Source of the DNA: Malacoraja senta
Lineage: Eukaryota
Assembly (NCBI GenBank): GCA_038087875.1
Contig: CM075989.1
Span: 15,252,001-15,316,000, forward strand
DNA: 64,000 bases
Reading direction: 5' to 3'
Position 1 is the first letter of the stretch, and every line of letters starts with the position of its first letter. The translations under genes and the position numbers were made by a program. Positions 26,201 to 38,375 of the stretch are shown one piece after another. Under the pieces are notes generated by a model that was not told where the DNA came from, did no database searches, and worked only from the letters and a program-made list of their open reading frames with translations.

Positions 26201-26909
26201 TCTGTCTTCCACGATATTTTATCGAAACTGATTTTTCTCTGTTGCTGTAACACTAGGTTCTGTTCTCTATTTTGCATGCTATCCAAGGCAAATCATACCA
26301 TACATGGGTGCATCGCATAGTGCAAAAGGGAAAAACAAACAGAGAACAGAACCTAGTTTTTCACTATATCTCAGCACGTGACAATAATGAACCAATTGCC
26401 CATTGCTGCCACAACTTTGTCTCTCTTAATTTGGTGACAACACAATTCAAGCCCTCTACACACAAGATATTGTGAAAGGAACTCAGAATCAAGGCAATCT
26501 TAAGCAGTATCAAGGCCAAGAGTACGTTTAAAAAAAACTACCACATTAAATAACACACAAGAGGTGAAGGTGAACATGTCATTGGATATGTAATTAATTA
26601 TATTAAACAAGGTCAACATAGAACAACAGGTACTTAATACAAAAGTCAGGGGAGGTACAATAGAATTCAATTTACTCAATGATAATTTGGCCAGGATTGT
26701 AAAATGTACTTAAGAGGAGGATTTGATAAAATTACTATTGCTTAATACCACTATTGTTATAAAATCTATTGCTAGTCACACTTTTTGCACTTCTTGTACA
26801 TAGGTCCTATTCTTATGTAATAAAGGAAATTAATATGAAACACAGCAGTGATATATTTGTGATTCCAGTGTATTTCACACAGCAACACAAAATCTAGAAA
26901 TTTGCTCAC

Positions 26910-27131
26910 CTTCATAATTGCTTCTTCCATCATTTTTTCCTGTTCGATCTCCTGTAAAATTCTTTGGAATTGCTTTCGTGATGCCATTTCATCAGCCCTT
27001 ACTTTTGCCAATATAGACTTTTCTTTACTCAATTTTTCAAGAAATTCTTTATAAATTTCATCCCTTTGATTTTGGGACTCTATATTCCTAGCCTGCTGAA
27101 GAGCTGCTTCTTTTCTTGGGCAAATTGAAGC
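26910..27131 (-). CDS. MNS1: MNS1 exon 2
   Basis: 222 nt, cag|GCT ... AAG|gtgagc; ASICPRKEAAL...RKQFQRILQEIEQEKMMEEAIMK. With the Met it ends at residue 75, as does recalled human ..MEEAIQK75. Confidence 0.9.
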
Positions 27132-27929
27132 CTGTTAATATAAAAGTAGAAAATGCACATTATATTGTAAAACATTGACACGAGCAAAATTATGAAATAT
27201 TGCATCTGTTTCTTTGACTTTTAGCAAATCAGTGCAAACATTTTTTCATATACGCTTCAATAACTGTTTCACAGAGAAAAAAAATAATATTTAATTCAAA
27301 AGAACAACTAATACGTTCAGCTTGTTAAATCAATCATCCATGACACATCTTGGGTAATGATGCAACTGTCAAGAAATTCATTGTTTTAGAAGTTTATGAT
27401 GTTTTGCATGTTAGAATTTATGAACATAAAGATGCAATAAATGGCAGGGAACGTTGAATGAATAATCAGTTTGGTGCTCAATTCAACATTCTGCAGAAAG
27501 TGTTTCTGTAAATGCTACCTATGGTCTACTATGGTGGGCCTATTGTCTACCTTTGATTTTTCCAGCATCTGCAGTTCTTTCTTAAACTTTTAACCTATGG
27601 TGGAGAGAGTTGGTAATGGGATAGATGTGTAATTTTAACTTTATTCCATTCCACACTGCAAAAACGTAGCAGGGAACAGGCAGGCAAGCATTTAAAATAG
27701 CTTGCCCACATCATTCCCAACTTTATGTGGCCAAGTACAAAGTTGGAGTTGGGGTAACAAGAAAACTCAAAAGCCAGCATGATAATCCTCAAACAGCAAG
27801 GCTCAGTATTTTCTTTTAGAACGGAGTACTTCTTCAATGTCTGTATAACATTTTGGGCTTCCTTCCATATATCCTGTGCCAGAGATTCTTCTCCTGAAGT
27901 GGCTCCTCCTTGACAGGGGCTGTCAATCT

Positions 27930-29720
27930 AGGTCACTGGGAGTGACCTTATTTGGAAAAACAGGGATTGATGAGAGACAATCAGCACAGCTTTATGAATG
28001 GGCGATAACGTCTCATGAATTTGACTACGTTTTTTGAAGAAGGTAACCAAAAGGGTTGATAAACGCAGGGCAGTAAAAGTTTTCTTTGCAGCAAGCAGTT
28101 TGATAAGGTTTAGCACAATAGGTTACTCTGTAGGTTAAATTGCATGAATCCAGGGAGAGCTAGCTAATTGGTTGATGGTATGAAGCAGAGGGTGATAGTG
28201 GAAGATTGTTGCTCGGACTGAAGAACCTTGACTAGTAGTATGCCTCAGCTGTTAATGCTGGGCCCAACGTTATCTATATCAATGATTTAAAATAGATATA
28301 AAGCTTGGTTAGTAAACTTGCAGATGACACTAAAATAAGTGATTTTGTAGACAGTGAAGAGGTCATCAAGAATTACGACAGGATTGTGATGAGCTGGGTA
28401 AATGCACCATGGAATGGAATTTTATTTTGGGGCATTTAATTTTGGGAAGTCAACCTGGAGTAGGACCTTCACAGTGAATGGTAGGACTCAGGCAAGTGAT
28501 GGGGGACAGAGGGATCTCGTTCAAGTTCAAGTTCACATTTATTGTCACATGCACCAATTAAGGTACAGTGAAATTTGAGTTACCATGCAGCCATACAATC
28601 AAAAAGAACATAATACACAATAGAATTTAACATAAACATCCACCACAGTGGAATCAACATTCTTCACTGTGATGGAACGCAATAACGTTCAGTCAATCTT
28701 CCTCCTTTGTTTACCGTGGTCAAGGTCATGAACCCTCCGTAGTCGCCGCGACGGACGGCCCGATGTACAAGCCCTCTCGTCGAGATGATCGAAACTCCGA
28801 CGTCGGGACGGATCGAAACACACACTCCACAGCTTGGAGTTCCCGAATCGGCCACTTTCTTCCCGGAGTCCGTGGCCTCACGGTGTTATAGGCCTCAGGC
28901 CGGGGGTTGGAGCACTTCTTCTGGCAAGGGATCGCCCCGCTTTGCGATGTTAAAGTCCCGCTGCGCCTGCTGCTGAAGCTCTGGGTCGATCTCCGAGAAA
29001 GGCCGCACCAATCCAGTTAGGTCGCGAGGGTTTCCCCCTATTCCCCCTCCCCCCTCATACTAAAACATTTATTTAGACATACTAAAAAACAAAAAAAGTC
29101 AAAAGGACGAACACGCTGCTGGCAAGACTGCACTCACAAGGATCTAGGAGTACAAGTACATATCTCCCTGGAGATGCCATCACAGGTGGACAGGTAGGTG
29201 AAGACAGCCTTTGGCATGCTGGTCTTTACCACAATGAGGACCGAGTATACAAATTACGATGTTGTTGTGCATCATAGACATTGATGAGGAGTATTGTACT
29301 TAGTTTTGGTCACCCAGCTGTAGGAAAAATACCAATCTTCTGGAAGGGGTGCAGAAAGAGGATTTTTCCATGATTTTAGGGACTGGGTTATAAGGTTCGG
29401 CAGGCTAAGACTTTATTCCTTGGAACTCAGGAGGCCAGAGGGTGTGGTGGGGTGGAGGTGGTGATCTTATAGAGATGTACAAAATTATGCAGGACATATA
29501 AAGAGTGAAAGCACTTCTTCTTCCCAGGGTTGGGGAATCAAAATCTAGAGACCATAAGTTTAAGGTGAGGGGAGATTTCATACGAACTGGTGGGGAAACT
29601 TTTTCACACTAAGGGTGGTGGATACAAGGAATGAGATGCCAGGGAAAGTGGTTGAGGCAGGCACAATAACTATATTTAAATGACATATGGACAGGTGCAT
29701 GTATAGGAAAAGTTGAAGAT
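27930..29720 (+). mobile_element. Old CR1 remnant interrupted by the 28518-29139 insertion
   Basis: Decayed RT sequence on both sides; gagggatct...ggatctaggagtacaagtaca rejoins across the insert. Confidence 0.7.
28518..29139 (-). mobile_element. Unclassified CpG-rich non-autonomous retroelement
   Basis: (GAACTT)n tail preceded by gtgacaataaa on -, CpG-rich body, GGATCT duplicated at both ends. Confidence 0.55.
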
Positions 29721-31254
29721 AGAATAGCTTGGCTTTTGCAACGTGGTGTGGATTTCCAATTATGACCTCAGATCTGTTCAGTCTGTCCCATTTAGCATAA
29801 CTGTAGTTCCACAAATTGAGGATGTCCTCGGTGTGAAGGCTAGATTTCACCTTTACAATTGTGACTTCTTTCTATACTATTGTGGAAGATGCACCTGCCA
29901 CAGTTGGAACAAGGACAGGTTACTTTATCCCTTGCGTTCCTTCTCTCATTATCTGCCATAGACCTTCAAGGGTGGTAGCTACATTCTCCAGAACTCAGCC
30001 AACTTGGTCAGCAATATTGCAATCAAGCCTCTCTTGGTGACAGACATTTTGCACAACAAGGAAATATTGCTGCTTCTTTAGCTGAGGGAGGTTAGTAGGT
30101 GGTTAACAGGAAGTTTCCTTGCCAATTTTAAATTCAAGATGTTATCTGTTATCACTGATCTTCTTGTCACAAAAAAATCTACGTAACCCAATATGATGTG
30201 ATATTAATAAATCAGCAGCCAATCGTTCAGTTTAGAAAGCTTTAGAGAGCTATGGGCCAAATGAAAGCAAATGAGTAGACACCCTGTTGGCAGGGATGAG
30301 TTTTGCCAAAAGGCCTGTTTCAGTGCTGTATTATAACTTTGTGAGTTAGCTCAATCTGATGATTGCAAATTAATCTTGGTTGCTGCTATAAGACTCCAGG
30401 ACTGTGTTGTCTTGGGGATACAGTACTAAAGTCACATGCTGCTACTACAATATGTTTAATTTAACTTAAAAAGGATTCTAACTTTCAACCAAATTTATCC
30501 AAGATCTCACAATCCAACAGGCCATTTGGTCAAGCAGACCTCTAGGTTAAATCTCTCCATCATTCAACCTTCCCTCTTCTCAAGCTCCACCATATCTTTA
30601 ACCCTTGTATATTCAAAATTTATTCTAAATTTTGACATTTTGTGCAGCATCTATATCGTCTTTCACCCTACCTTTGATAGCAAAGTATTTTGGCACGTCG
30701 ACCCCATATATCCTAAATTATATTCCAAATGCATCAATCTCACTCCCATCCTCAAAATTCACATCCTTGCTCAGTCAGCCTTCTTTTTTCCCTGCTGCAT
30801 GATAGCATTGTTTTGTTTAGGTACGGTGGCAAATTCAGGAATACAACACCAAAACCTAGAACTCTTAAGACAATTGAAATGACCGATCTCCTGTATTTAT
30901 CAATCCTTTGGTCCCATTCCCACTTCAGCTTTGGTCTCAGGGTTGCTGTTTCTGAAAAACCAAACGGCAGATGTTGAGGAGGGTGTATGTGTTGGTTCAG
31001 AACTTGGCCCACCTCCCCTTTCCTGCCGACACCAGAGATTGCAGATACTGGAATCTTGAGCAAGATAAAAAACAAAGTGCAGGAGAAACTCGGCGGGTTT
31101 CGCGGAGCTCAGCATTTGTGGAGAGTTTGGATCTTTGGTTTGGATAGGCGAGGTATCTGGTGGGACTCTTCTGCAGATGATGGAGTAAAGGTGAGATAAT
31201 TCTGTCGCTATTCTGTCACTCCCCAAGTCCAGCCATCGCCCCTCACGGTTCTTG

Positions 31255-31470
31255 CATGAGGAAATAGACGCAAAAATACTGGAGTAGCTCAGCTGGTCAG
31301 GCAGCACCTCTGGAGAAAAGAAATATGTGGCGAGACCCTTCTTCAGACTCCAGTCTTTTTTTCCTTTTCTCCAGAGATGGTGCCTGACCCCCCACCCCCC
31401 GTTGAATTATTCCCGCCTTTTGTGTCTGTCTTCGGTTTAAACCAGCATCCGCAGTTCATCCCCACACATC
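31255..31470. repeat. Inverted pair of Penelope-derived repeats in MNS1 intron 1
   Basis: Same family as 58443-58668, degenerate. Confidence 0.65.
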
Positions 31471-31629
31471 TCACACGAGGAGTCCGGGTCAATGGGTGTG
31501 GCACTGGAGGGCTTCGCGGGCATTTTCTCCATCGGGTTTGTGACCCGTACACAAGGCAACCATCGGAACTCTTCCGCAGTCCCCCTCAAAAAAATGAACC
31601 AGCCAAAAGATCCAGCAAGTGTCCCGATT

Positions 31630-31910
31630 ATTCCCAGGAGCTGCCACTGTGCCGAGCCGACGCTCTCCCGGGCCTCACTTACCATCTTGGACAGTGATAC
31701 CGTGGGCAATATTTTATCGGTCACTAACTTCGACGGCGATGCCAAGACAATTCCAGAGCAGCGGCGGTTACCCTAGAAACACCCGGCGCCCTGTTCACCG
31801 TCCAGTAACAGTGCCCGTGATTGGCTGCGGGCGACATTTTGAAGGCGGATTCCGTTGCTGCTCAGCAACGAGACTCAACAGAAGGCGCCGAGCGGCGGTG
31901 AGTCCCAATG
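31630..31910. promoter_or_regulatory. CpG-rich MNS1 promoter with RFX X-boxes and CCAAT boxes
   Basis: Local CpG enrichment; GTTACCCTAGAAAC at 31767-31780; palindromic CGTTGCTG-CT-CAGCAACG at 31853-31870; ATTGG at 31820-31824; CCAAT at 31905-31909. Confidence 0.75.
31683..31685 (-). CDS. MNS1: MNS1 exon 1 coding part (ATG only; 5'UTR extends towards about 31760)
   Basis: ccaagATG|gtaagt: good Kozak context (A at -3, G at +4 after splicing), perfect donor, in a CpG-rich segment. Joins exon 2 in frame to give a 1503-nt CDS. Confidence 0.8.
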
Positions 31911-31917
31911 AGCACTG

Positions 31918-32565
31918 GGTTAGGAAGGAACTGCAGATGCTGGTTTATGATCGTAAGTGATAGGAGCAGAATTAGGCCATTCGGCCCATCAAGTCTACTC
32001 CGCCATTACAAACTGTTAAATGGTCAGCTCGACACAGATTACAAGACCGACACCAAACCCAAACCAATTAGGAGCAGACGAGGGCATTCGATCCAATTTG
32101 AGATTCCAGCTCCTAAGACAGATGTGTACAGCAATCTCTGCCTCCTAGCCCCATTCTCCTGCCTTCTCCAACCAAGAATCTATCTATTCTGAAGAAGGGT
32201 TTCGGCCCGAAACGTTGCCTATCTCCTTCGCTCCATAGATGCTGCTGCACCCGCTGAGTTTCTCCAGCATTTTTGTGTACCTAAGAATCTATCTATCTCT
32301 GCCTTAAATATACCCACTGCCTTGGCCTCCACGGCCTTCTGTGGCAAAGAATTCCACAGATTCACCACCCTCTGACTAAAGAAATCGAAGATAGACACAA
32401 AAAACTGGAATAACCCAGCGGGACAGGCAGCATGACTGGAGAGCAGGAATAGGTGACATTTCAGACCGAGAAGAAAGGTCTCAACCCGAAACGCCACCCA
32501 TTCCTTCTCTCCAGAGATGCTGCCTGTACCGCTGAGTTACTCCAGCATTTTGAGTCCATCTTGAG
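31918..32565. mobile_element. Nested TE cluster: Penelope repeats, CR1 3' end (-), L2/Crack-like ORF fragment (about 32008-32135, +)
   Basis: Pieces homologous to other repeats in the window; YKLLNGQLD..RSRRGHSIQFEIPAPKTDVYSN resembles a LINE ORF2 C-terminus. Confidence 0.65.
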
Positions 32566-32569
32566 CGCT

Positions 32570-32853
32570 AGTTTAGTTTAGTTTAATTTAGAGATACGGC
32601 GCGGTAACAGGCTCTTCGGCTCACCGAGTCCGCGCCCACCTGCTATCCCCGCATACTAGCACTATCCTACACTCACTAGGGACAATTTACAATGATACAA
32701 AGCCAATTAACCTAAAAACGTGTACATCTTTGAAGTGTGGGAAGAAACCAGAGTACTCAGGGGAAAAACCATGAGAGAATGTACAAAGTCCATATCAGGA
32801 TCGAACCTGGGTCTCTAGCACTGTAAAGCTGCAACTCTACCACTGCGCTGCCA
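32570..32853 (-). mobile_element. HE1-like V-SINE
   Basis: (GTTTA)n tail, central domain and tRNA-like head (ggatcgaacc on +). Confidence 0.8.
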
Positions 32854-32984
32854 TGAAGCTCTGGTTAAAGTCCCCAAAGTCATAAAACAAAATGGTTTTA
32901 CACACATTTAAACACGTATTAACTGCAAGACCGACTCCTCTGTAATTTAAAGAACTTTGTAAACCTTCAAAGTAACATTTCCTT

Positions 32985-33245
32985 GATCACTGGCTACTTT
33001 GATATGTCATTTTCACACCTTAACCTTCCATATCTCTAGACTCCCTCTCCCCAGACTCTCAGTCTGAAGAAGGGTCTTGACCCAAAACGTCACACATTCC
33101 TTCTTTCCAGAAATGCTGCCTGTCCCGCTGAGTTACTCCAACATCTATCACTGAGCCCTGATGCAGGGTTTCAACCCAAAAGAGGCAACCACCCCTTTAC
33201 ATCCACAGGTGCTGATTAACTTGCTGAATTCCTCCAGATTACGGC
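32985..33245 (+). repeat. Penelope 3' terminal fragments, tandem
   Basis: Hammerhead-like CTGAAGAAGGGTCTTGACCCAAAACGTC at about 33064, and a second, degenerate CTGATGCAGGGTTTCAACCCAAAA at about 33158. Confidence 0.65.
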
Positions 33246-34405
33246 ATCTGTATTGTTTTACGAATTCTGCTCTATTCTGAAAGTTTGTCAATGTTTTTGG
33301 TCACCAGTTGCTATCAATTTAGAAACAACAAGGTCAACAACAGGTGCATGACTGGTCATTCACTTGTTTTAGGGGGTTGAATGAGTGACAGAGATGAAAA
33401 ATGTGAACATTTTGAGAAATTGTCTTTTTAGAACTATTTGATTAGGCGTTCAGGACCCCAATTTAACTGTCCCCAAAATATAGTAACAATGATAAGGTAC
33501 TACACTAATGCTGTATTATTAAAGCCCTAGAACTTAAATCCCATGAACAGTGCAAAAAGTCTGGGTTTTTTTTACTTGTCTAATTTGACATTACGCTGCC
33601 CTTTAAACAAATAGATCATGAATTCAATATCCACTCCAGAACTTGAACAGTTCTGAAATCTCAGTGTAAAATGAATGTATGGGGTGGAAAATAAGCATTA
33701 GTTTAATTTACAAGGAGGCTTCAGAAGTACTTGAATATTTAAGTGGGTAGGGATTGAATCCATGACCTACTGTGTTAGAGGACATGGCACTGCTATAGAC
33801 AAGTGTACAATACGTGATACAAGTGTATTATAAATTCCTTGATTGTATGTGGGTATTAGGTTTTGGGGCTTGATCAAGATTCTCTTCTGCTTCTAAGCCC
33901 TGTTGCCCTATTCAACATCACAGTGATCTACATCCATCATTCTATCAGGCTTCAAAGGTGGCAATTGCAGAAACAGACTGATATAGTATTCAGATATGGA
34001 TTGATATGTGACAAGTAACATTTGTGCACAGATGTTCCAGGCAATGATCATCTACAACAACATAGCCCCTCACCATCCACATCACTCAATAGCAGAGTTG
34101 TTTACCCTGAGGGCCACAATTGACCAGCTTACTAAATGGTCCAGCCATATAAATGCTATGGTTATGAGAGTAGATAAAAGGCTAGGTATTTTGTGGAAAG
34201 TGACTCGCCTTCACATACACCAAAGCCTTTCTATTATCTACAGTCTGATGGAATATTCTTACCTGCCTGGATGAGTATAATTCTAATGATTGTTGAGTTG
34301 CTTGACACAATATGGGGTGAAGCAGTCTTGAATAACATCTTGTCAACCACCCTAAACACCCAACACACCATGGCTACATTGTGTACCACCTAAAAAATAT
34401 ACTTC

Positions 34406-34651
34406 AGTTTAGTTTATTTTAGTTCAGAGATACAACTAAGTCCGCACTGACCAGCGATACCCGTACATTAACACTGTCCTACACACACTAGGGACAATTT
34501 ATAGTTATACCAAGCCAATTAACCTACAAACCTGTTTGTTGTTGGAGTGTGGGAGGAAACCGAAGATCTCGGAGAAAACCCATGCCGTTACGGGGAGAAC
34601 GTACAAGCTCCATACAGATAGCACCCATAGTTGGGATCGAACCTGTGCCAC
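34406..34651 (-). mobile_element. HE1-like V-SINE
   Basis: Homologous to 36868-37178. Confidence 0.8.
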
Positions 34652-34799
34652 CAAGTTGGTTTCCCCAACAGCACCTCTCAAACACATGACCTCCAAGATC
34701 AAGAATTATTCCATTAAGCATAAAGCCCATGAGGAGATTTGGAGGGAAAAACAGAGTCGTGATTTTGTATGTTTCTGGTCACCCTGTTACAGGAAGGAT

Positions 34800-34985
34800 T
34801 TTTAAACCTCGCTAACTTTTACAATATGCCACCGATTGGAACAAAACTTGTTGCACTGCAGCACAGGTGAATGGTGAGTGAGGTGGCGAAAAATCATAGC
34901 ACTATCGTGTACCGTATTTGCGCAAATAGAAAAACCACGCAAACCGGAAGAGCACAAGATCAGAGTTTTAGTATTGTCTAGATAG
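34800..34985 (-). mobile_element. Probable non-autonomous Helitron 5' fragment
   Basis: Minus strand reads atactaaaactctgatcttgtg...tacacgatagtgctatgatttt..ccacctcactcacc, related to 35820-35960. Confidence 0.45.
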
Positions 34986-35817
34986 AAGATAGATAGATTA
35001 CCTCTATTCCAGTTTCCAAAAGTGTCAGAGAGCGGTGTTTTGAAGGCTTGGCAGCCTTATGAATACTTATTTTTGAACTAAGGAGCCAAAATTAATCAAA
35101 AGCAGAAATAACAGATTTTTTTTCCAGAAAACAGTCCAGATTTGTTTTCATATGTAATTATTGTTCAGGGGATACTGGAATTAAATTACTGTTAATATCT
35201 GGTTAACAGCTAATAGTCTATTAATATTATTTACTTAATGTTTTCTGCTCTTGTATCACTAGGGATCTACAAGCATTTTCTCATGAAGTGATGACTTTAT
35301 GAATTATGTAATAATTTGAGGGTGAATTGTTTTGAGTCTCTAAGGGATTCTTAGTAACATATTTGTTTAAATATACAGTATACAATCGTGACAATTGTGG
35401 TGGTTAGTTCCTTTCTCTAATGTTTAAATATCAGTATGCAATGTGGAACATAGATAAAACTCTCAAAACAATTATAGTCACATATTGTACATTAATTCAT
35501 TTTACAATCTAAAAAAACAATGAAGATTGGAGAATAGGCTGAATTATTACAATAAACGTTACTTTTTAAAAACATTAATAATGGTAATGTTTCACGTGCT
35601 ACATCTAACCCCATGGGGCATGGTTATAGTAATGTTTTGAGCAAATAAATGATCACACAACATAATTCTCTAGATTTAAACTAATTGATGCTTAAAGGAG
35701 CATTATTATCACAAACTAATACTCAACAAATTAAAGTAAAGTCAATTAATCTTATTGGTTTATGACTACAATGCTGAATTGTAACATGAGGAAAACTGGC
35801 TTATTTTAAATATCTAA

Positions 35818-36300
35818 CTATATATTACTAAAACTCTCATCTTGTTTGTTTCCATGTGTGTGCGTGTGTGATCCTGAAATTACGCAAAAAAACCCCCCAT
35901 GATAGCGCTATACTTTTTGCACCACCATACTCACAATTGTCTTGTGGTGTGTTTTTATCAAGTTTCGTTCAGATTGATGTTATATTTTATCAAGTTTAAT
36001 ATTATTCACATTTTTAACTTTACAAAATCCAGTTTGAGAAAGAATCAGCAGTGGCAATTACAGCTATGACATCACAATGGGATCTCATTTACATAACCTG
36101 CCCGTGAGCAGTGTTCCAGCCCACAAGGACATCACAATGGGATCAGCAGCTTCCATCTCAAGGGGGGTAGGGAGGGAGTGAGATTTAAAAAAAAATCAGT
36201 TTTAATCAAATTCTTGGGGGGTGGTTTCATTTACAAAAAAAATCCAGAATTTTCCTTTTGGGGGGTGGGATGGGGGGGAGGTGAGCACCGTCACCTTACT
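35818..36300 (+). mobile_element. Probable non-autonomous Helitron fragment
   Basis: ctatatattactaaaactctcatcttgtttgttt..(GT)n start typical of Helitron-like repeats; internal gacatcacaatgggatc present twice. Confidence 0.45.
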
Positions 36301-36867
36301 CAAGCTATGAGGGGACAATAAATAGAATGAGAATGGTCAGAGAGTGGCAGGAAGTATACTCAACCTGGTCACGATGTCATATTCCAGGGTCTCTCAAAAC
36401 AGATCACTATCAGAGACAAGGATATGATAACAGTAAACTTTGTTATCCTACAAAATGACTCAGATAAGATTTATTGTAATCACACTTTGATCAATACCAC
36501 ACCTCAATGCTGATTGGAAGGCACTGATGAAGGAAGGTGAGATGGCCATCCATGAATGATCCGAGAGTTCAAAGACTATTCTGAAGCATGGCAGAAAAAT
36601 GGATTTGGTGGGAAAGTCTGGAACGAGGGATTAGGATTATATCACATGTGTTAGTATTTGCACAGCTGTTGATTGTAAATGTTTTTTTAAATTTTTTTTA
36701 GTAAATTTGTTATTTTAGAAAGCAATGTAATATGTTCGACTCTGATATTAGTCAAGCAGGTAGGAAGAGAGATAAACAGCCAATAATTACTTCCAGAAGG
36801 TGTGTTAGATGGTGTTATTTAATATGGCTTACTTGGGCATGGCCAAGAGCCATAAGCGAGGTTTTTC

Positions 36868-37178
36868 ATTTTAGTTTTAGTTTTAGAGATACAGCGCAGA
36901 AACAGGCCCTACGGCCAACCAGGTCCGCGCCGACCAGCGATCACCGCATATTAACATTATCCTACACACATTAGGGACAATTTACACTTATACCAAGCCA
37001 ATTAATCTACAAACCTGTACGTCGTAGGAGTGTGGGATTAAACCAAAGTAAGTCCACGGTCACGGGGACAACGTACAAACTCCATACAGACAGCCCTCGT
37101 AGTCGGGATCAAACCCGGGTCTCCATCGCTGCAAACGCTGTAAATCAGCAACTCTACCACTGCGCCACCATGCCGCCC
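36868..37178 (-). mobile_element. HE1-like V-SINE, near full length
   Basis: Minus strand starts GGGCGGCATGGTGGCGCAGTGG (A box), has a B-box-like GGTTTGATCC and a (CTAAAA)n tail. Confidence 0.85.
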
Positions 37179-38375
37179 TTATGATTTGATGTAGGAAATG
37201 CTGGAAATTATAAGAAAATTGTCGATTTGTAATATGTATAACCCAAGAGTATTATTGGGAAGTATGAAGGGAAAAAGGGCCAACAGAGTGAAGATAAATG
37301 AAGATATGAAGATAAATCATTTAGGAAAAGCAATAGATAGATTTAGGATGTATTTAGACTACAAAGCCTAGATAGAGTAAAGATAAACACAGAATTATGT
37401 TAACAAGGCTAAGGGCAATAAAACTTATCATGAGATTAGAAGTGTGTAGGAAAAAACTGCAGATGCTGGTTTAAATCAAAGGTAGACACAAAATGCTGGA
37501 GTAATTCAGTAGGTTAGCAGATTAGAAGGGTTTCTTTATTACACCCATTTGTCAAATTAATAGGAGGATGTTATTTTGTTAATTAATTAAGAGGAAACAA
37601 AGTTGAAGGATACTCTAAGAGAGATACAACAAGGATGAATGATTACATAGAAGCACAGAATATAAGAGGCCATGGGTGCTGGGAATCTTTGAAACACCTT
37701 GGGTTCTCTCAGAGTGTTTCCCTGGACATACTGATAAGGCCTAGAATAAACCAACATGTTTAAGAAACTTACCACTGCTCTACCAGATGCTCTTTGTAAG
37801 TGCCCGATATGAGGTATAATGAAGAAGGCGACTGGGGCCCCATGTGAAAGCCAAATTCAGGGTACAGGTTAAATACTCAATTCCCCCCAACACTTACATT
37901 GTTGGGTAATGTGATGTAACTATGCAATTACATCACTTTGTAGGGAGTGGGAGTGTGTAGGCAAAGAAAAGCAAAGCCCTTTATCTGGTATTCAAAAGTG
38001 AACAAATGATGGGGCTGTTTATTATGCTTATGGCTAGCTGCAGAACTTTTGTGGTTTTGGACAATAACTTGCTGTTGATGAGAGTTTAACAGGAGATCTA
38101 GGACATGTGATTAGGAAAAGCTTACCTTGACTCTTCAACCAGTAAAATACACAAATCCTTACTGAGTCAAATATAGCTTAAAGCAGGAAATGTATTTTTG
38201 AATATTTAATTCATTATGCAACAATGGGAGAAAATGAAATAAAAGAAGAATAACAGAATAGAGAGGCAGTAGTAAAAGAGACAGAACATTTTTAAAGCTC
38301 ATCTTTAAAAAAAAAACCTAGATTAAGATTACACATTTTTAAGGATTAATTTTTCAGAGAGAATTTTAAGATTTC

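Noticed and set aside
31343-31960. Several overlapping 70-113-aa ORFs at the MNS1 promoter
   Set aside because: Explained by GC richness and Penelope repeats; no recognisable domains. Only the ATG at 31685 is supported.
37080-37178. tRNA-like A/B boxes (also about 9004-9065 and 32795-32853)
   Set aside because: These are SINE heads joined to central and tail domains, not tRNA genes.
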